From Lama glama (Eukaryota): a stretch of DNA of 64,000 nucleotides. The position numbers and the translations under genes are program-made. Location of the stretch: contig CM052817.1 in the NCBI GenBank assembly GCA_028534125.1, forward strand, positions 46,068,001 to 46,132,000, given 5' to 3'. How positions within the stretch are numbered: the stretch's first letter is position 1; every line of letters starts with the position of its first letter. Below are positions 36,001 through 48,549 of the stretch, one piece after another. The notes beneath the pieces are model-generated. The model ran no database searches. It worked only from the letters and a program-made list of their open reading frames with translations, and was not told the origin of the DNA.

Positions 36001-39000
36001 TAAATGGTTTTCTGCAGCTAGAGCTTTCAGACACAGTGTTAGGAATATAGAATTCGACGTAAGTTAGGGAAACTTACTGGCATGTTACTGTTTCCAGGTG
36101 CTCTATATATTTGCATTCTCCATGAATACAGAAATTTTGGAATTTTGCATCACATGGATTTTTCTTCTTTCTGTTTCTTCTATTTTTTCCATTTTTGCCT
36201 CCCTTTTTCTTTCTTTTGGGTTTATCTGAAGACTTTTCACTTTCTGTTTTGTTTTTCTTGGGCTTAACTACCTGTTCAACTAAAAAAAAAAAAATTTATT
36301 GACCACAGTCTCTCTTCATCTTGAATACCATTTTGGAGACATGAGGGAAAGAAGTCCTACCAGTGAGAAGCTAATGGGGAGAAGAGTCATATTGGCCTCA
36401 TTATTCAACACAATTCATACACAACAAAGGATGGAAAAAGAGAATGTATTGTGCGGCACTCAAAAATCCGAAATCTTTTGTCGTATAAATGTAGAAACAT
36501 GTCTTTAATTTATTTATATCAGTATTATTATTGATAATAAAAGATACTTGGTTAAGAAAATTCATTGAATATTTTAAACACTTCTTGAATTTCTAATACA
36601 TCCAAGTTCTTGGTAATGAGCAATAATTTAATTAAACCCAAACAAAGGTTGGATGTGTTATTACCATCCAGATGATACAAATGAGAAAAATGAAGTTGAG
36701 TAAAGACCAGTAACTTGCCCTAGGACATGTAGCTAGAAAATGGCATAGCTGGGATGTGAAAGCCAATAATTTCCCTACTTACTATGTTTTCTCTTGGAAA
36801 AGGTCAGTGCCATTAATTAAAGTGAGACTTGAGTATATTTGATGATTTTTTTTATTCATGTCAGTCTTGTGCTCACTGTCATAATTGGGAATTAGCGTGT
36901 ATTACTTGAGGTGGAGGAAACTGAGAATTATATATTAGCGTTCACCAATTTTCTCCAACTCCCAGATTACAACAGATTATAGTTGATTGATACCTTCCAG
37001 GGAGCTCAATTCTGTGATCAATCTATTTGAAAAAACGGGGGTCCAGAAATATTTGTGCTTGATGCTTCAGAGATTCAGCTTAACTCTTCCGAACCACAGA
37101 AACCTTTGCTCAGTGTTATAGTTATGCAGGATGTAGCCTACCCTCACGCTAAGTAGAAGGAGGAGGAGTTTCCATGTTAGAGCTGTGCATTTTGTTCTAC
37201 TAATCCCTGTATGGAATTATCTAAGCAAGATTTAGTAGAGCCAGTGAGAAGAGGAAAATATCATAATGTCATAATACAATTAGTTATAATGGTCCTGCAG
37301 CACATATTAGATAGAAGACACTAGAAACATAGGGAAGGGTATCAAAGATAGAACCCCGTGATTAAGGAAATTACAAATATTATGAATATTTTAGTAGTTA
37401 TTATAACAGCAGTCAGATTAGGAGCAATGTTTAATAGGTGGTAGATTGGACAGAACATTTTTTGAGCTGCAATTTTTATACTGAAATTTTCTTCTGATGA
37501 TAAAAAAGTACCACAAGTTGGGATAAGTCCTCTAACAGAAACATTGTAAGTCAATATTACTGCACTTTGTCAGATACATTACAAATTTTAGAGACATACA
37601 GTCACTACGCTAACGTGCTGCAATAGACATTAATCCCAAGGCTTACCTTTCACTCTGTTTCACAATGCACTGCAATTCTAGGCACCAGCCATTCACACCA
37701 TCAAAAATTTATTTGGCCTTTTGAAATGTTAACAACTTGAAACATCTTTAAGAGAACAGATTCTAGAGCCTTGACAGCCTAATCTCATCCCCCCCAAACT
37801 AAGAATTATAGATGGGTCCTTCCCCACCTTATGTAAAAGCAGAATTCCGATGCAAGGGAGGAAAGTGGAATGTTTGCTAAAGTTCTTCCCAACTGCCACT
37901 TCATCCAGGCACTGTCCCTGTGGTATCACCCGTTATCTCTTCACCAGTTCTGGGAGCCGGACAGAGTGGAAGGAGACAGGGAAACTAAGGCCAAGAAAGA
38001 ACAGCTTGCTTCCTGCCTCGATGCTAGATGCTCCTGGGATACCTAGGTCTGATTTACTGATGACCCCATCTTCTCTCAGACTACAAAGTGATATGAGGGT
38101 GATGAATAATGTGGCCCTTTACTTTGGTATCTTCATTTTAAGCAAATGCTCTTTTTTAAAGATCAGATAATAGCAAAGGAGAAGAAAAGTGTGGGTCACT
38201 ATTACTGAGCTAGTTAAATAGTGATTTTTAGCAATGTAAAATCCAGGCATATTTATCCTTCTTTTATATTTCCCGAAAGTGGTATTGCTATTATTATCAC
38301 CAATTTCTCAGCACCTAATACTTAAAGGCTAAGGTCCAATCGTTCTTTTCGCATTACTTCTTTCTACTCCCTTGTTTTGTGTTAAAATGCAGTTATTTAG
38401 GGAAACGTGGTGGGGAGGTGGATGTAAGAGCTGAGATACAAAGTAGACAGGACTGGTCTATGCCCACTTCTCAGAATGGGGGTCATGTGGCACAGTGGGA
38501 AAGCACACAGTAACTCGAAGCAAACAGACCAGAGTTCTCACTCTGGCTCAGCTGCTGGCCGGCTGTGGAACTCTGGGCAGAACATTTATCCCTTTTGAGC
38601 TTCACTTATCACATCTGTAAAATGACAATTCCGACTTCATAGCGTTGTTGTGAAGATTACACTTCATAGACCTAAAACGTTTGTTAGAGCTCCATACATA
38701 CAAGGTGTGCCACAAGTAGCTCTTTCCATCTCAGCTCGTAGCTTACCTAGCAGGGTACACAACAATCATACACACAAAAAGCCACCAGAAGACTGGGAGA
38801 AAAGATTTCCTTTTGAAGCACCTTTGCTCACTGGCTACATCACTACCCTACCCTCTACTCACCTCTGACGGAATCATCCACGATATAGCCAGACATCTGT
38901 TGTTCGTTGTCGTACTCATCTGCGTAGTCATAGTCGATCCCTGAGGACAGTTCGCTACCAGGAGGCATTTCACTCACGGGAGAAATCTCACTCCCCCAGG

Positions 39001-40277
39001 ACACGTCACTTCTTGAGGTAACACTAAATCCATCAGCATTGTGGTCCCCAGAAAGTGGTTCCCCTTTCCCAGAGTAAGTTTCATTGACGTCCAGTCCAGC
39101 AGCATAATATGCTGTAGGAGCAAGAACAAGGGAAGAAAAGCAAAGGTAAGGGAGAATGCCTTTTCTCACCAGTCAGTTGCATTCGGGAGAACTGTTTACC
39201 TTCTAATATCAAAGCAATTATTGCACATGTGCTATTGTTGGTGACTGAGTCACTTACGAAACCAACATCACATTTTGCCAACAAGCAAACTCAGCTGTTT
39301 CAATTACAGAGCTTCTTTCATTAAGGTTTTCTTCTTCACAGACAGTCTACATTAATTTCCACATCAAAAAATACTGCCAAATAGGCAAATTAATTTTATA
39401 TAATTACTTAACAGGCAATGTCTAAACATTGCCATCATGTCACATACCAAACGCTTTTGCGTTTGCTGGAATGCTACCTGTCCCATTTTAATAAACAGAT
39501 TCCAGAGATCAATACCAAATGTTCTTAATACGTGCTCACATTTTGAAAAGAATAGCTATATAAAATGTAAAAAGTAATATAAATAGTAGTTGACAATTGT
39601 TCTTATTGCAATTGTTTCTTATTGTTCTCACATAGAGAAGAAAATTACAGACTAGGTTAAAATTTGGGGGTCTAAGTTTCAAGCCCCTGCTTTATCAAGG
39701 TCTTTAAAAAAAAAAAAACAGCCGTAGAGTGATGCTTTTAACTTCTCCCTGTGATGATGCGAGGACCTCTAGAAGGGTAAAAACAAAGTCACTTGACAGA
39801 GGAGATGGAGAAGTTAGGCAGGAGGCTGCGCTCCTCGTCCAGGACTTAACTACGCTGCTCGATGATCTGAGGAAATCACTGCACCTCTCTGGACTTTGGT
39901 TTCTTTACCTGTAAAACGAAGGGTTTGGATCACAGGATCTCTAAGTTCTCCTTCATCAGGACTAAAGTAAAAATACAAGGATTCTCCGGCATCCTCTTGC
40001 TGGCCCGGCACATCTCAAACACCTGCACGCTTTTCTCTTCCTCCCAGGGAGTAACTAACTATAGGGAGGGAGCCACCGTGACCACCTCCCGCGGGACAGA
40101 GCTGGGGTCGCCTCCCGAGAGCGGGTTTTGGGAGAAACGGCAGCAGAATTCAAGAGGTGACCGTTCTGCCCGCGGCGGGAGAGGCGCCCGGCAGGCCAGA
40201 GCCGGGGTGTCCTCACCTGAGCCGAGGATCAAGAGCGACAGCACCACGGGCGCCGACGGCAGCGGCGGGGCTCTCAT
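32979..40277 (-). CDS. AREG: Amphiregulin precursor, spliced CDS of 5 coding exons, 253 aa
   Basis: Joined exons translate without stops to [253 protein letters not shown]. It shows a signal peptide, acidic pro-region, basic heparin-binding region, six-cysteine EGF domain, TM helix and cytoplasmic EExxxL. Lengths 61+249+202+156+94 = 762 nt. Confidence 0.99.
34670..34827 (-). mobile_element. tRNA-derived SINE (camelid vic-1-like) in AREG intron 4
   Basis: Minus strand GGGAGGGTATAGCTCAGTGGTAGAGCATGTGCTTAGCATGC...GAGGTCCTGGTTCAAGCCCCAGTACCTCC (A and B boxes); perfect 16-bp TSD ctgacaacctactctg at 34654-34669 and 34828-34843. Confidence 0.9.
35204..35359 (-). CDS. AREG: AREG exon 4 (end of EGF domain, juxtamembrane stalk, TM helix, 156 nt)
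   Basis: Acceptor GTTTGCAG|; [52 protein letters not shown]; donor CA|GTAAGT from 35203. Confidence 0.98.
35785..35981 (+). mobile_element. MER58-like hAT-Charlie MITE in AREG intron 3
   Basis: Terminal inverted repeats cagggttcagcaaact ... agtttgccaacccttg. Confidence 0.8.
36078..36279 (-). CDS. AREG: AREG exon 3 (heparin-binding basic region and N-part of EGF domain, 202 nt)
   Basis: T13-AG acceptor; VEQVVKP...[46 protein letters not shown]; donor CA|GTAAGT from 36077. Confidence 0.98.
38488..38720 (+). mobile_element. MIR in AREG intron 2
   Basis: ggcacagtgggaaagcac...ctctgggcag...catctgtaaaatg...gttgttgtgaagatta. Confidence 0.7.
38863..39111 (-). CDS. AREG: AREG exon 2 (pro-region, 249 nt)
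   Basis: Acceptor CCTACAG| (AG at 39113-39112); encodes [10 protein letters not shown]...GYIVDDSVR; donor G|GTGAGT from 38862. Confidence 0.98.
40217..40277 (-). CDS. AREG: AREG exon 1 coding part (signal peptide)
   Basis: ATG at 40277-40275 (GGACCAATGAGA); [20 protein letters not shown]; donor G|GTGAG at 40216-40212; phase 1. Confidence 0.98.
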
Positions 40278-40465
40278 TGGTCCCTCGGAGCGGCGGCGTC
40301 GCGGTCTCTGGGGCAACTCTGCCGGGAGCTGCGGGCGGGACGAGGAGGTGGCGGCGGGGAGCTGGGACGGGGGGCACCGAGCGGCTGTGCTCGCAGGCGC
40401 GGCTGGGCTCGCCGCGGGATCCCTGGGCTCCGACTCCGGCGCGGGTTCAAGGTGTGCGAACATTC
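40278..40465 (-). other. AREG: AREG 5' UTR (exon 1), TSS approximate
   Basis: GC-rich leader starting about 26-30 nt downstream of TATAAA; GTTCGCACACC resembles the start of human AREG mRNA as recalled. Confidence 0.75.
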
Positions 40466-40490
40466 CGGAGGCGCGGCGCGCACCTGCCGC

Positions 40491-40496
40491 TTTATA
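40491..40496 (-). promoter_or_regulatory. TATA box
   Basis: CCTATAAAGCGG on the minus strand, an isolated AT-rich motif in a GC-rich promoter. Confidence 0.92.
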
Positions 40497-40500
40497 GGCC

Positions 40501-40562
40501 GGGCGGGGACCCGGGCATCGCCCGTGACGTCACGGCGGCCGGCGAGGTGGGTGGAGGCGGGC
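40501..40562 (+). promoter_or_regulatory. Sp/KLF GC boxes and WT1/EGR-like element flanking the CRE
   Basis: GGGCGGGG at 40501-40508; AGGTGGGTGG at 40545-40554, similar to the WT1 response element described next to the human AREG CRE; GGAGGCGGGC follows. Confidence 0.65.
40522..40535. promoter_or_regulatory. Full CRE (TGACGTCA at 40525-40532) within a 14-bp palindrome
   Basis: CCGTGACGTCACGG, about 30 bp upstream of TATA; AREG is a known cAMP/CREB-responsive gene. Confidence 0.92.
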
Positions 40563-41064
40563 GGCCGCCCCGGGAGGGGTTACTACCCCAAAACCGCACA
40601 CGGATGCCCGGCGCCCCACCTCCCGCGAGCACGGGAGCCGCTGGGAGGAAATGAAAGTTCCCTCACTGCAAGCTGAAGAAATACCAGCTCCACATTCGAG
40701 GGCGGGAGTTGGGTTTGGGAGCTAGTATCTGACATTAAAAATCCCATACTATCCGAAAATCCTCCGAACAGGCTTTGGTTGATCTTAATACTACGGCAGG
40801 GATTAACTAGAAAAGTTTCGTAGTGAGATGTAAAAGTACTTTAAGACAAGAGTGACTTACCAGTGATAGCTCGGTGTCTTTAACAAGGGTAAAGAAGGTC
40901 ACTAAATGACTGGAGCGCGCGCCTCCTAATGAGACGCTGCTTTGTTTAACATCGGCCCCTGTCTCAACCCAGGGTCCTTTCCCGTCAACTACTGTGACGT
41001 GGCTAGAATTTTCAACCTCCTCTCTTCCCATTCTTCACGTGGTCCAAAGTCCTTATCAAAACGA

Positions 41065-41275
41065 ATACTTATTGAGCATGCATTGTTGCCAAACTGTACA
41101 CTCTAGCTACTCCATCTCATTCAAAAATCTTGCTAGGAAAGTACTATTTTCCAAACTGTTTTACGAGAGGGACCAATGTCAGCTTTACAAAGCAAGGAGA
41201 ACTTCACACAGCTGGTCGCGGCAGAAGCCAGATGGATTTAACTTCAAGTTCTTCTGACTCTAAAATCTCTGTTCT
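41065..41275 (-). mobile_element. MIR about 600 bp upstream of the AREG TSS
   Basis: tacttattgagc...ctcattcaaaaatcttgctagg...cacacagctggtcgcggcagaagccagatggatttaac...tctgactctaaa. Confidence 0.6.
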
Positions 41276-44200
41276 CTCTAATGAAAGGGATTTATACTAA
41301 ACTTCTCTTTGAAAAGAGTGTCTGGGGAGAATAATATTTATCCTAAAGGAATCATCTCTACTGGTAGTGTATTAGCATTTGGATGGAGGGTGGTGCCCAA
41401 CTCTGTACCTCTTGAATCCCAAGATGAAAGGGCCAGCTGTTAGGGCCCATTTAGAACCTAGCAGGGCTTTTTGATCGTGAGAGGGGGAAGGAACTGCTTA
41501 ACATGACCAACTTTGATGTAGAGACAACTCCAGAACTGATTTTTTCTTGACTTGAGGAAGAAAGGAAAAAAAAAAAAGCATTGTTGTCTCTTAGTGTTTC
41601 TGTCCTGAAGATATATATATCTCTTCTGTGATTGTTCCAGTAAAACAACTCTTTTAGGAATGTGGGTCACAGTGCATCTGTCCTAATTCTTGGAAACTTT
41701 TTAAAAGCTACGTATTTTTTTAATGGCATATTGTAGTAAAGTAGGCTAAATAACACCGTGCATTTAGTAGGATAAAATAAGCAGTCATGAATCATGTCTT
41801 CTCTCTAATCGACATGTGTTGAGAGCATGTTTTGTGCAATCTACTTGTTTTATTTTTATGCATGGGGGCAATGAAGAGGTAGATTAAATGAAGACCTGCT
41901 CCCCTTCCTAGCAGAAAGTGAGAAATGGAACGAATACCAGACGGCAAGGTGTGAACAAGAATGGAAAACCAGACTAGAAAGGTGGCGGAGCCCATTCCAA
42001 GGTAAAGCAGGGGCCTGCCTGCATTGTCATCTTTTTTGATGGATGAGGCGATTGTGATTCAGAGGGATTCAGAGCCTTGCCCACAGATTTCAAAAGATGG
42101 TGGAGATTTTGTTTAGTGTGCAGGCTGTCACTATACTGTTGAACCTTTCTGCTCTCCTAAATTTTGATTTTGTACTAATCCTGTTCTTTCCTTTCTCCAC
42201 TCTTTCTTCTTATTTAGGTGAAGGCAAATTGTGCATAGCTGTCACTGAAAGTGTTTTACTTTGTCTGAAGTGAAAGTGGGTTCTTTACATTGGAAATTGT
42301 TTAGTTTTTTCCAGTTGGAAATTTAGAGGGTGATAATTTATGCTGGTCTGGAATATACCATCGCATCATAGGGACAGAGTGCTTAGTGTGAGCTTTAGAT
42401 TCAAACCAGTTGGGTTTTCATATATAAATTCCACCACACAATGTTTAAAAGACATGGATTCCTCATCTGAAAATAAGAATAAAGATACCCACTTGCTGTT
42501 AAGGAGATCAAATGAGATAAGATACATGAACAAGTAACACAGATCCTAGAGTGTGGTGAGTGCTCAGTACATAGTAACTATTATTAACTTGGACATTATG
42601 ATAGTTACATTATGTTAATCATATTGAAGAACTATGTAACTCTTATAAAGGTAGCTACTCACAGAGCACATGAATTAATCTTCAGTATTTTCAAGCCATG
42701 AACTTTGTACCTACTTCACATTAAAGTTGAAAATTTTGAACATTTTATGGTGCATTATAGGGTATCACGGGGCGTCATCATAGTTGCATCACAATGGCGG
42801 CACCCCTTGATGACTCATGACATTCTGGAATCTATGCATGAGAAAGAAATGAACCCAATGCAGGGGTGGGATGCTTTACATTCTGCATGCTGAGCTGAGA
42901 CAAGGAGGAACAATTTCAAGAAATTCAAGTAGAGAAGCAACTCCTCTTTATCCTCATCAATTGATGGTTCTCTCACCTAGTAGGCAGTTAAGGGCAGCCT
43001 GAAGGGCAAATATTCTTAGCCGACCACTCATGTTGGTACCTGGTATCTGGACCCTGATAATACTTTATGTATAGTGGAAACAAACTCACTTTGACTCTGC
43101 TCAGAGGTGTGCTATAGAACCCAGAGCCTCATCATGTGTCTGTTCTCACAGCTGATCTTGAGTTTGTACAGAAAGTGCCGGGGTCTGAGTAAGTATTACC
43201 TCACAGTCAATTTTTATGAGTCAATACATGAACTCCCAAACTAAAATTAAGAAATAGTGTGTAAGTAATATTTCAGATGTTATTAACAAATGTTTTAGCT
43301 CCAGTTTGATGTCTGTAATTTTCTATATTCTCCTTGGAATGTATCCATGCTAAAGAAGATATAATTTTTAGTTCCCTCAGAAAAGAGGCCTTAAAGGAGC
43401 TTGATTGTCAGGCACCATGACAGAATAAAATATAATTACTTGCCCTTTATATCCATCATGGGATGGATTTTGCAGAGGAGTAGCAGATGGGACTGAAGGC
43501 AGTGAATGATTTGATACAATGGTAAGTAAATATAATATATGATTACAGTTACACAAACAAAAATCAATCCTCTAGGTAGCTCATTTACTCATTAAATATA
43601 TTTTGAGAACTAAACACTGTTTTAGGCAGTGGGGAAAGAATTTGGAATAAGTCATAGTGTCCTTGTTTTTAAGGACCTTACATTCTATTAAAGAGAAATG
43701 CATCATAACCAAGGAAACAATACATAAGATAAATTTAGATAGGAGGAGTGATAGACAGGAAATAAAATATGTGATAGAGAGGACTTGGGATGGTGGAGGA
43801 AGGTAATAAAAAGAAATACGTGATACCCCTAGACTTAAATAGTTCACATTTTCTCTCTAGAGGAAACAGATGGCTGAGTAAACTGGAGAGGATTATTCCA
43901 CTGAACAATCATAACAGTGTAGAAGAGCAGAGGTAGGCGTGGGCAGGAGTGAGGGATAGAGCAGGCACATACGAGGAGAATGAGGAATGGTGAACAGACA
44001 GAGGCCTTAAATTGGGCCTCAAAAATGTGGAGGATTTTAAGACATTGTGGAAGAATTCATTCCAGGAATTATTTCTCGAACACCCTTCTTCGCAGTGAGA
44101 GACAAGGGCTCTGGATTTCACTCTCACCAAAGGTCAGCTGATAACCTGAGAATCTTAGCAAAATCCACTCTCTCTTCTCCTCTCTCAAGTCAGTAGGTTT

Positions 44201-46749
44201 GGTGTGGGGTCCTGGCCTGTGTACGTTTTCACTGATAAAGAACTACTCCACTAGGGGATACGTAAGTGAAAAAAATTAAGGTACATTCAGAGAGGGTGTA
44301 AACTGGTGGGGCTGCACATTCATGTAGATGGAAATTTTATTGGAAATGGGAAGGATGGCAAAATGAATTTCAACAGGAAGTATATGAGTAAGTGTGATGA
44401 AGACATTAATTTTACTTCTGAGAAACTCATGTTGCAAACTGATTTAAATACTGTCCTTTAAATAGGGAACTATCTTAATGTGGTGAAAATATGTCTGAAT
44501 ATACGACAAAGAAAAATCCTCTTTGCATATAGTTCTTCAGGATCCAATTTGTCACATAAGTGGAATCACATCTACAACCAAATCATGTTGGGTTCTCACT
44601 CAATTCTAAATGTAATATCAGAAAACAGATGTCTGCAACCATCATACACTGAATGAGGAAGCATGTTAAATTTTAGCACTATATTCTTTGTACATTTAGG
44701 ATTTCAGAGTAAGATTTGGCATTTTATTATTTCAGAAAATAATATATTGAGGGCAGATATTCAGAGTCCTATGAAAGATGTTTATAGACGACCAGTTTTA
44801 GTCATTACATAATTATATCCTTGATTTATTATTTCCAAATTAAAAACATACTTTGTATTCACTTAATCTTAACAGACTTCTGCTTTCCTCGTTTTCTTGC
44901 ACTTTACAGTTTATCCCTGCGGTGTTGCATGTTCAGGGCTGTGTGATGACCACTTTTTCATAGTTGCAGGACTCTCTTATTTGCCCTCTTTTAATCAAAA
45001 GCTAACAACATATGCTTACCCCTAAAAATTAAATGATCCTGTTAGAAATGACCCATATTTGATGTGTTTCTATTATCAGTTTAGATACTCCCCTTAAATA
45101 TTCGTGCCATTTAGCAGAGCTAGGCTGTATTATATATGGACTCTGTTGTATTTTCCCAGGAACACAGCAGGTTTTGTTTCTGAGTTCATTAAGAACCGTT
45201 TTAAAATAGCCTAAGTGAAGAAATTACCAATTTGTTGAATAGACACTCATGTACAGTCTGTCCTAGGCAGGGATAGGTTAAACCACAAAGAAAGTGGCCT
45301 TTGTATGTCGTATGTCCCAAAGCTGTCTGATAGTGTGCACTGAAATTATGTGGCCAGAATAAAAGTAAATATTTGTAAGTTAATATGGAAAAATACAGAT
45401 ACATGTAGAACTCATAGAAAAAGAGTTGAAAATATAGTTACACATTTTATAAACATTGTGGGTCCTTCAGTGTACTTTCTAAAATCAGTATTTTGGTCTT
45501 AAATCTGGGTTTATGTACTCCCAGATGATTCTGCCATTTGCAGAAAATGTCATTTCATTCCTAGATTTTTTCCTTCCATAGGAATTCCAAAAATCACTCA
45601 TTTTGGTCACTTTGAAAGATAATAAACATTCCAATAAAATACGTTAAATATAGAATTGCTGGATAATTTTGGGATTCTCAAGCACCATCTTATGGCTGTA
45701 AGGAAATATTTGGCTTTTCAACAGTACAATTGCCCTGAGGTAAACCTGATATAATAGTGGGGGAGTGCTACTTATGTGATTGGCAAAAATGTTAGAGAAC
45801 TTTTTTAAGAAATATGAATTTGATCAAATGTTTCCATCTCAAAAACAGCATTTACTAATATTCTTACATTTATTGAGATAGAAAAAATAGAAACTTGATA
45901 TGTTTTGCTTACAATTACATTTTTGGAAAAAAGTCATACAGTTCACACTATTAAAAGTTATTTTAACTGCCAGACAGCTAAGGACATAATGAGTATTAAA
46001 AATTGATGATGTTAAATTTTATGTGTCTAAATTTTCCCAGTTTGGAGTTTTGAAGATATGCCTGTATTTATTTTAAAAATATGCTTCATTTTAATTTTTC
46101 TTACAACAATATTGCAATCTTCACAAAATGGTTGGTTTTAATGGTGTTTTCTTGGGAAGAACTAAAGACATATCTTTATTTCTATTGAGTTTGGGTGGTA
46201 ATATACACACATAGGAGGAAAGAGAAGACTATAAGAAAAGTCTACATTTCTTAGAATTTTATTACTTTTAAGAGTAAAACAAGAAAAAAGTTATATAGAC
46301 ATATTCATTAACATTTTTTAAATGTGTGATACTTGTTGCATAAGAAATGAACAAAACAGTGTGTACAGTTGAAATTTTTAATACATTTACAAATACTTAT
46401 GTATATATATATACACATGTGTAGAAAAATTTTGAAAGGCTCTATATCAACTATATCTTCGGTTGAGGAATGAACTGCTTACCTGTATGTCCTAACATAT
46501 GTACAAAGATCACGTATGACTTCTGTTTTTTTAAGTTAAAAACTCCAATCCAGGCAACAAGATGATTTCCCAAGCAAACTGATTTGACATGATTTCTATA
46601 ATCGATTATATTGGTTTTTCCAATGAGGATGTCAGTTTTGAAAAAAAATGATCACTGAAGCCATCTGTTTTTCCCCATACTTTCTTATCCTTGAACAACT
46701 GCTCCCACATCTATGCTGTCCTTTGTCGTGTGGTGTCAAGGAAATAGAG

Positions 46750-46972
46750 TGAGGTGGTTAAAGCTGCAGCATCTGAGACCAAGACTACTGGATCTTTCCC
46801 TTACGAACCAGGATGAATTATTTAAATACTTTATGTATCTAGTTTTCTCATCTCTAAAAAGGAGGTGATAAAAATAACAACTCCTTAACCATTGGATTCT
46901 TGTGAGGTTTAAATGTGTTAGTACATGTAAAATACTTGGAACAGTTATCTGACCCTTGAGCATAAATGCTCA
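46750..46972 (+). mobile_element. MIR
   Basis: gtggttaaagc...gttttctcatctctaaaa...ttgtgaggtttaaatgtgttagtacatgtaaaatacttggaacagt. Confidence 0.7.
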
Positions 46973-47479
46973 AAATATCTTATATATTTTTTATTTTTAT
47001 TAATATGAAGATCAATGGAAAAAGTACTAGGGATTCCAATGGAAAAAAATGTTGATGCATATTTGTGGATGAGGATAGATAAATATTGTTATAACTGAGT
47101 TCATAACTCGAGAAGCTTTGCTTTCTGTGACAGATAAGCCTGTGAGAATTCAAAACTTTTTTAGAATGATGAAGGCAACAACAGTGAGCCCTGTTCCTGA
47201 GGTCTTATTTCAAATGGCTTGCACTGCTGACTCCAGACACATGACAGTTCCAGAACATTACTTGCGGGTAAACTCTAATAGAAAGTCCTTTTCTCACTTT
47301 TTCTTTTTTTTTTTTTTTCAGCTGTCTAATCTTTTCTTACCATGTGATGTCATTATATCATAATTTCCTACAGAATCAGGCAATTTCTGCTGTGAATACA
47401 TTGTTTATTGGTGAAATTTCTTTCTTCACCATAAACTAACCCAATTGAGCTATTTTTCAATACTAATTACCACATCCAT

Positions 47480-47945
47480 AATTTTGTCAGACTCTACTCA
47501 GTGTCCATTCCCTTCTCTTTCCTTAGTAACAGAACCCTGATATTATTCAGATTGACAATGTGTGCAGCTAAAATTATATACCATTTCTCCGGTTTCCTTG
47601 AAAACAATGGTGACTGTATGACTAAGATGTACAAGTGAGGTCTGGAGAACTGTGAGCAGAAGTATGGGTAGAGTTTCCTGGAAGACTTCTTGAAGGTCGC
47701 TGATGAAGGTGAGAACTACACTCCTATCGTTCTGCTCCTTTTATTCCTTTCCATTTGCCTAGAACATGGACACTTGGCAGCATCTCCAGGAATCATACTG
47801 GATCATGAATTGACCCTGAACCTGAAGGTACATGCAGAGAAGACAGAAAGAGCTTGAATCTCTGATTTGTAGCTGCCCACCAGCCCTGTACTATCTTTTT
47901 TAAGCTACTGTCGTTTAAGTTTTTCTGATATGTGTAGTTGACCTC
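47480..47945. mobile_element. MaLR LTR (MLT1-like)
   Basis: cccttctctttccttagtaacagaaccctgat...gactaag...agcagaagt...tttgcctagaacatggac...gcagcatc. Confidence 0.65.
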
Positions 47946-48029
47946 AATATGAAATGATTTGGTAATCAGAAACTCTGGTATTTATTATGACGTTCTCTTC
48001 CATACCAATGTCCTCCAGCCAAAGACCAT

Positions 48030-48549
48030 TATGAATACAGCTGAACAACTGCAGTGAGGGAGAATGTACACTATGGAGAACCTTGGGTATTTCAGCAAAA
48101 AATAGTGTAGAGTAAGTGTTGAAAGGACATAGAGGATTTGGGCTTGTGTTGGGTGATTTAGGGAAGGGTTGAAAGTAAGACATTTTGCTCTTAATTAGAT
48201 GCTGTCAGGAAGTGGGCGTAGTTCTATGATTGGGTATCTTAATAAATCTTCTATAGAAAGAGAGCGACTAAAGCTGTATTGTTAAAAAAAAAATCAGCAA
48301 TCACCCATAGTAGTCAGAATAGGGGGCTACTTAGTCACTGCTGTGACTTGGACTATGTTCGTGTTCTATCTGTGTTTAGACATGATTATGAAATGGTCTA
48401 GCTTTTGCCATAATCCATCACGGCCATACACTGGCCTTGTCTGATCTTAGTGTTGTGTGAAATTGCTAATGTTCGATAGGAGAACATCAAGGCCAAGGTG
48501 ATAGTACCAGACCAGCTCCCAGATGTCAGGGGCTGCTTTTCCTTTGTCA
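48030..48549. mobile_element. ERVL-type LTR (MER77-like)
   Basis: aggatttgggcttgtgttgggtgatttagggaagggtt...ccagctcccagatgtcaggggctgcttttcctttgtca. Confidence 0.55.

Larger units (their letters stand above)
39980..40720. other. CpG island over AREG promoter, exon 1 and the start of intron 1
   Basis: Very high GC and CpG density against a CpG-depleted background; scattered CpGs continue to about 41040. Confidence 0.93.

Noticed and set aside
40274..40483. 69-aa minus-strand ORF overlapping the 5' UTR
   Set aside because: It starts at a GTG between the TATA box and the TSS, so it is not in the mRNA.
39925..40676. Plus-strand ORFs of 190, 165 and 74 aa antisense to AREG exon 1
   Set aside because: Low-complexity Gly/Arg/Ala translations expected from a stop-poor CpG island, with no recognisable domain.
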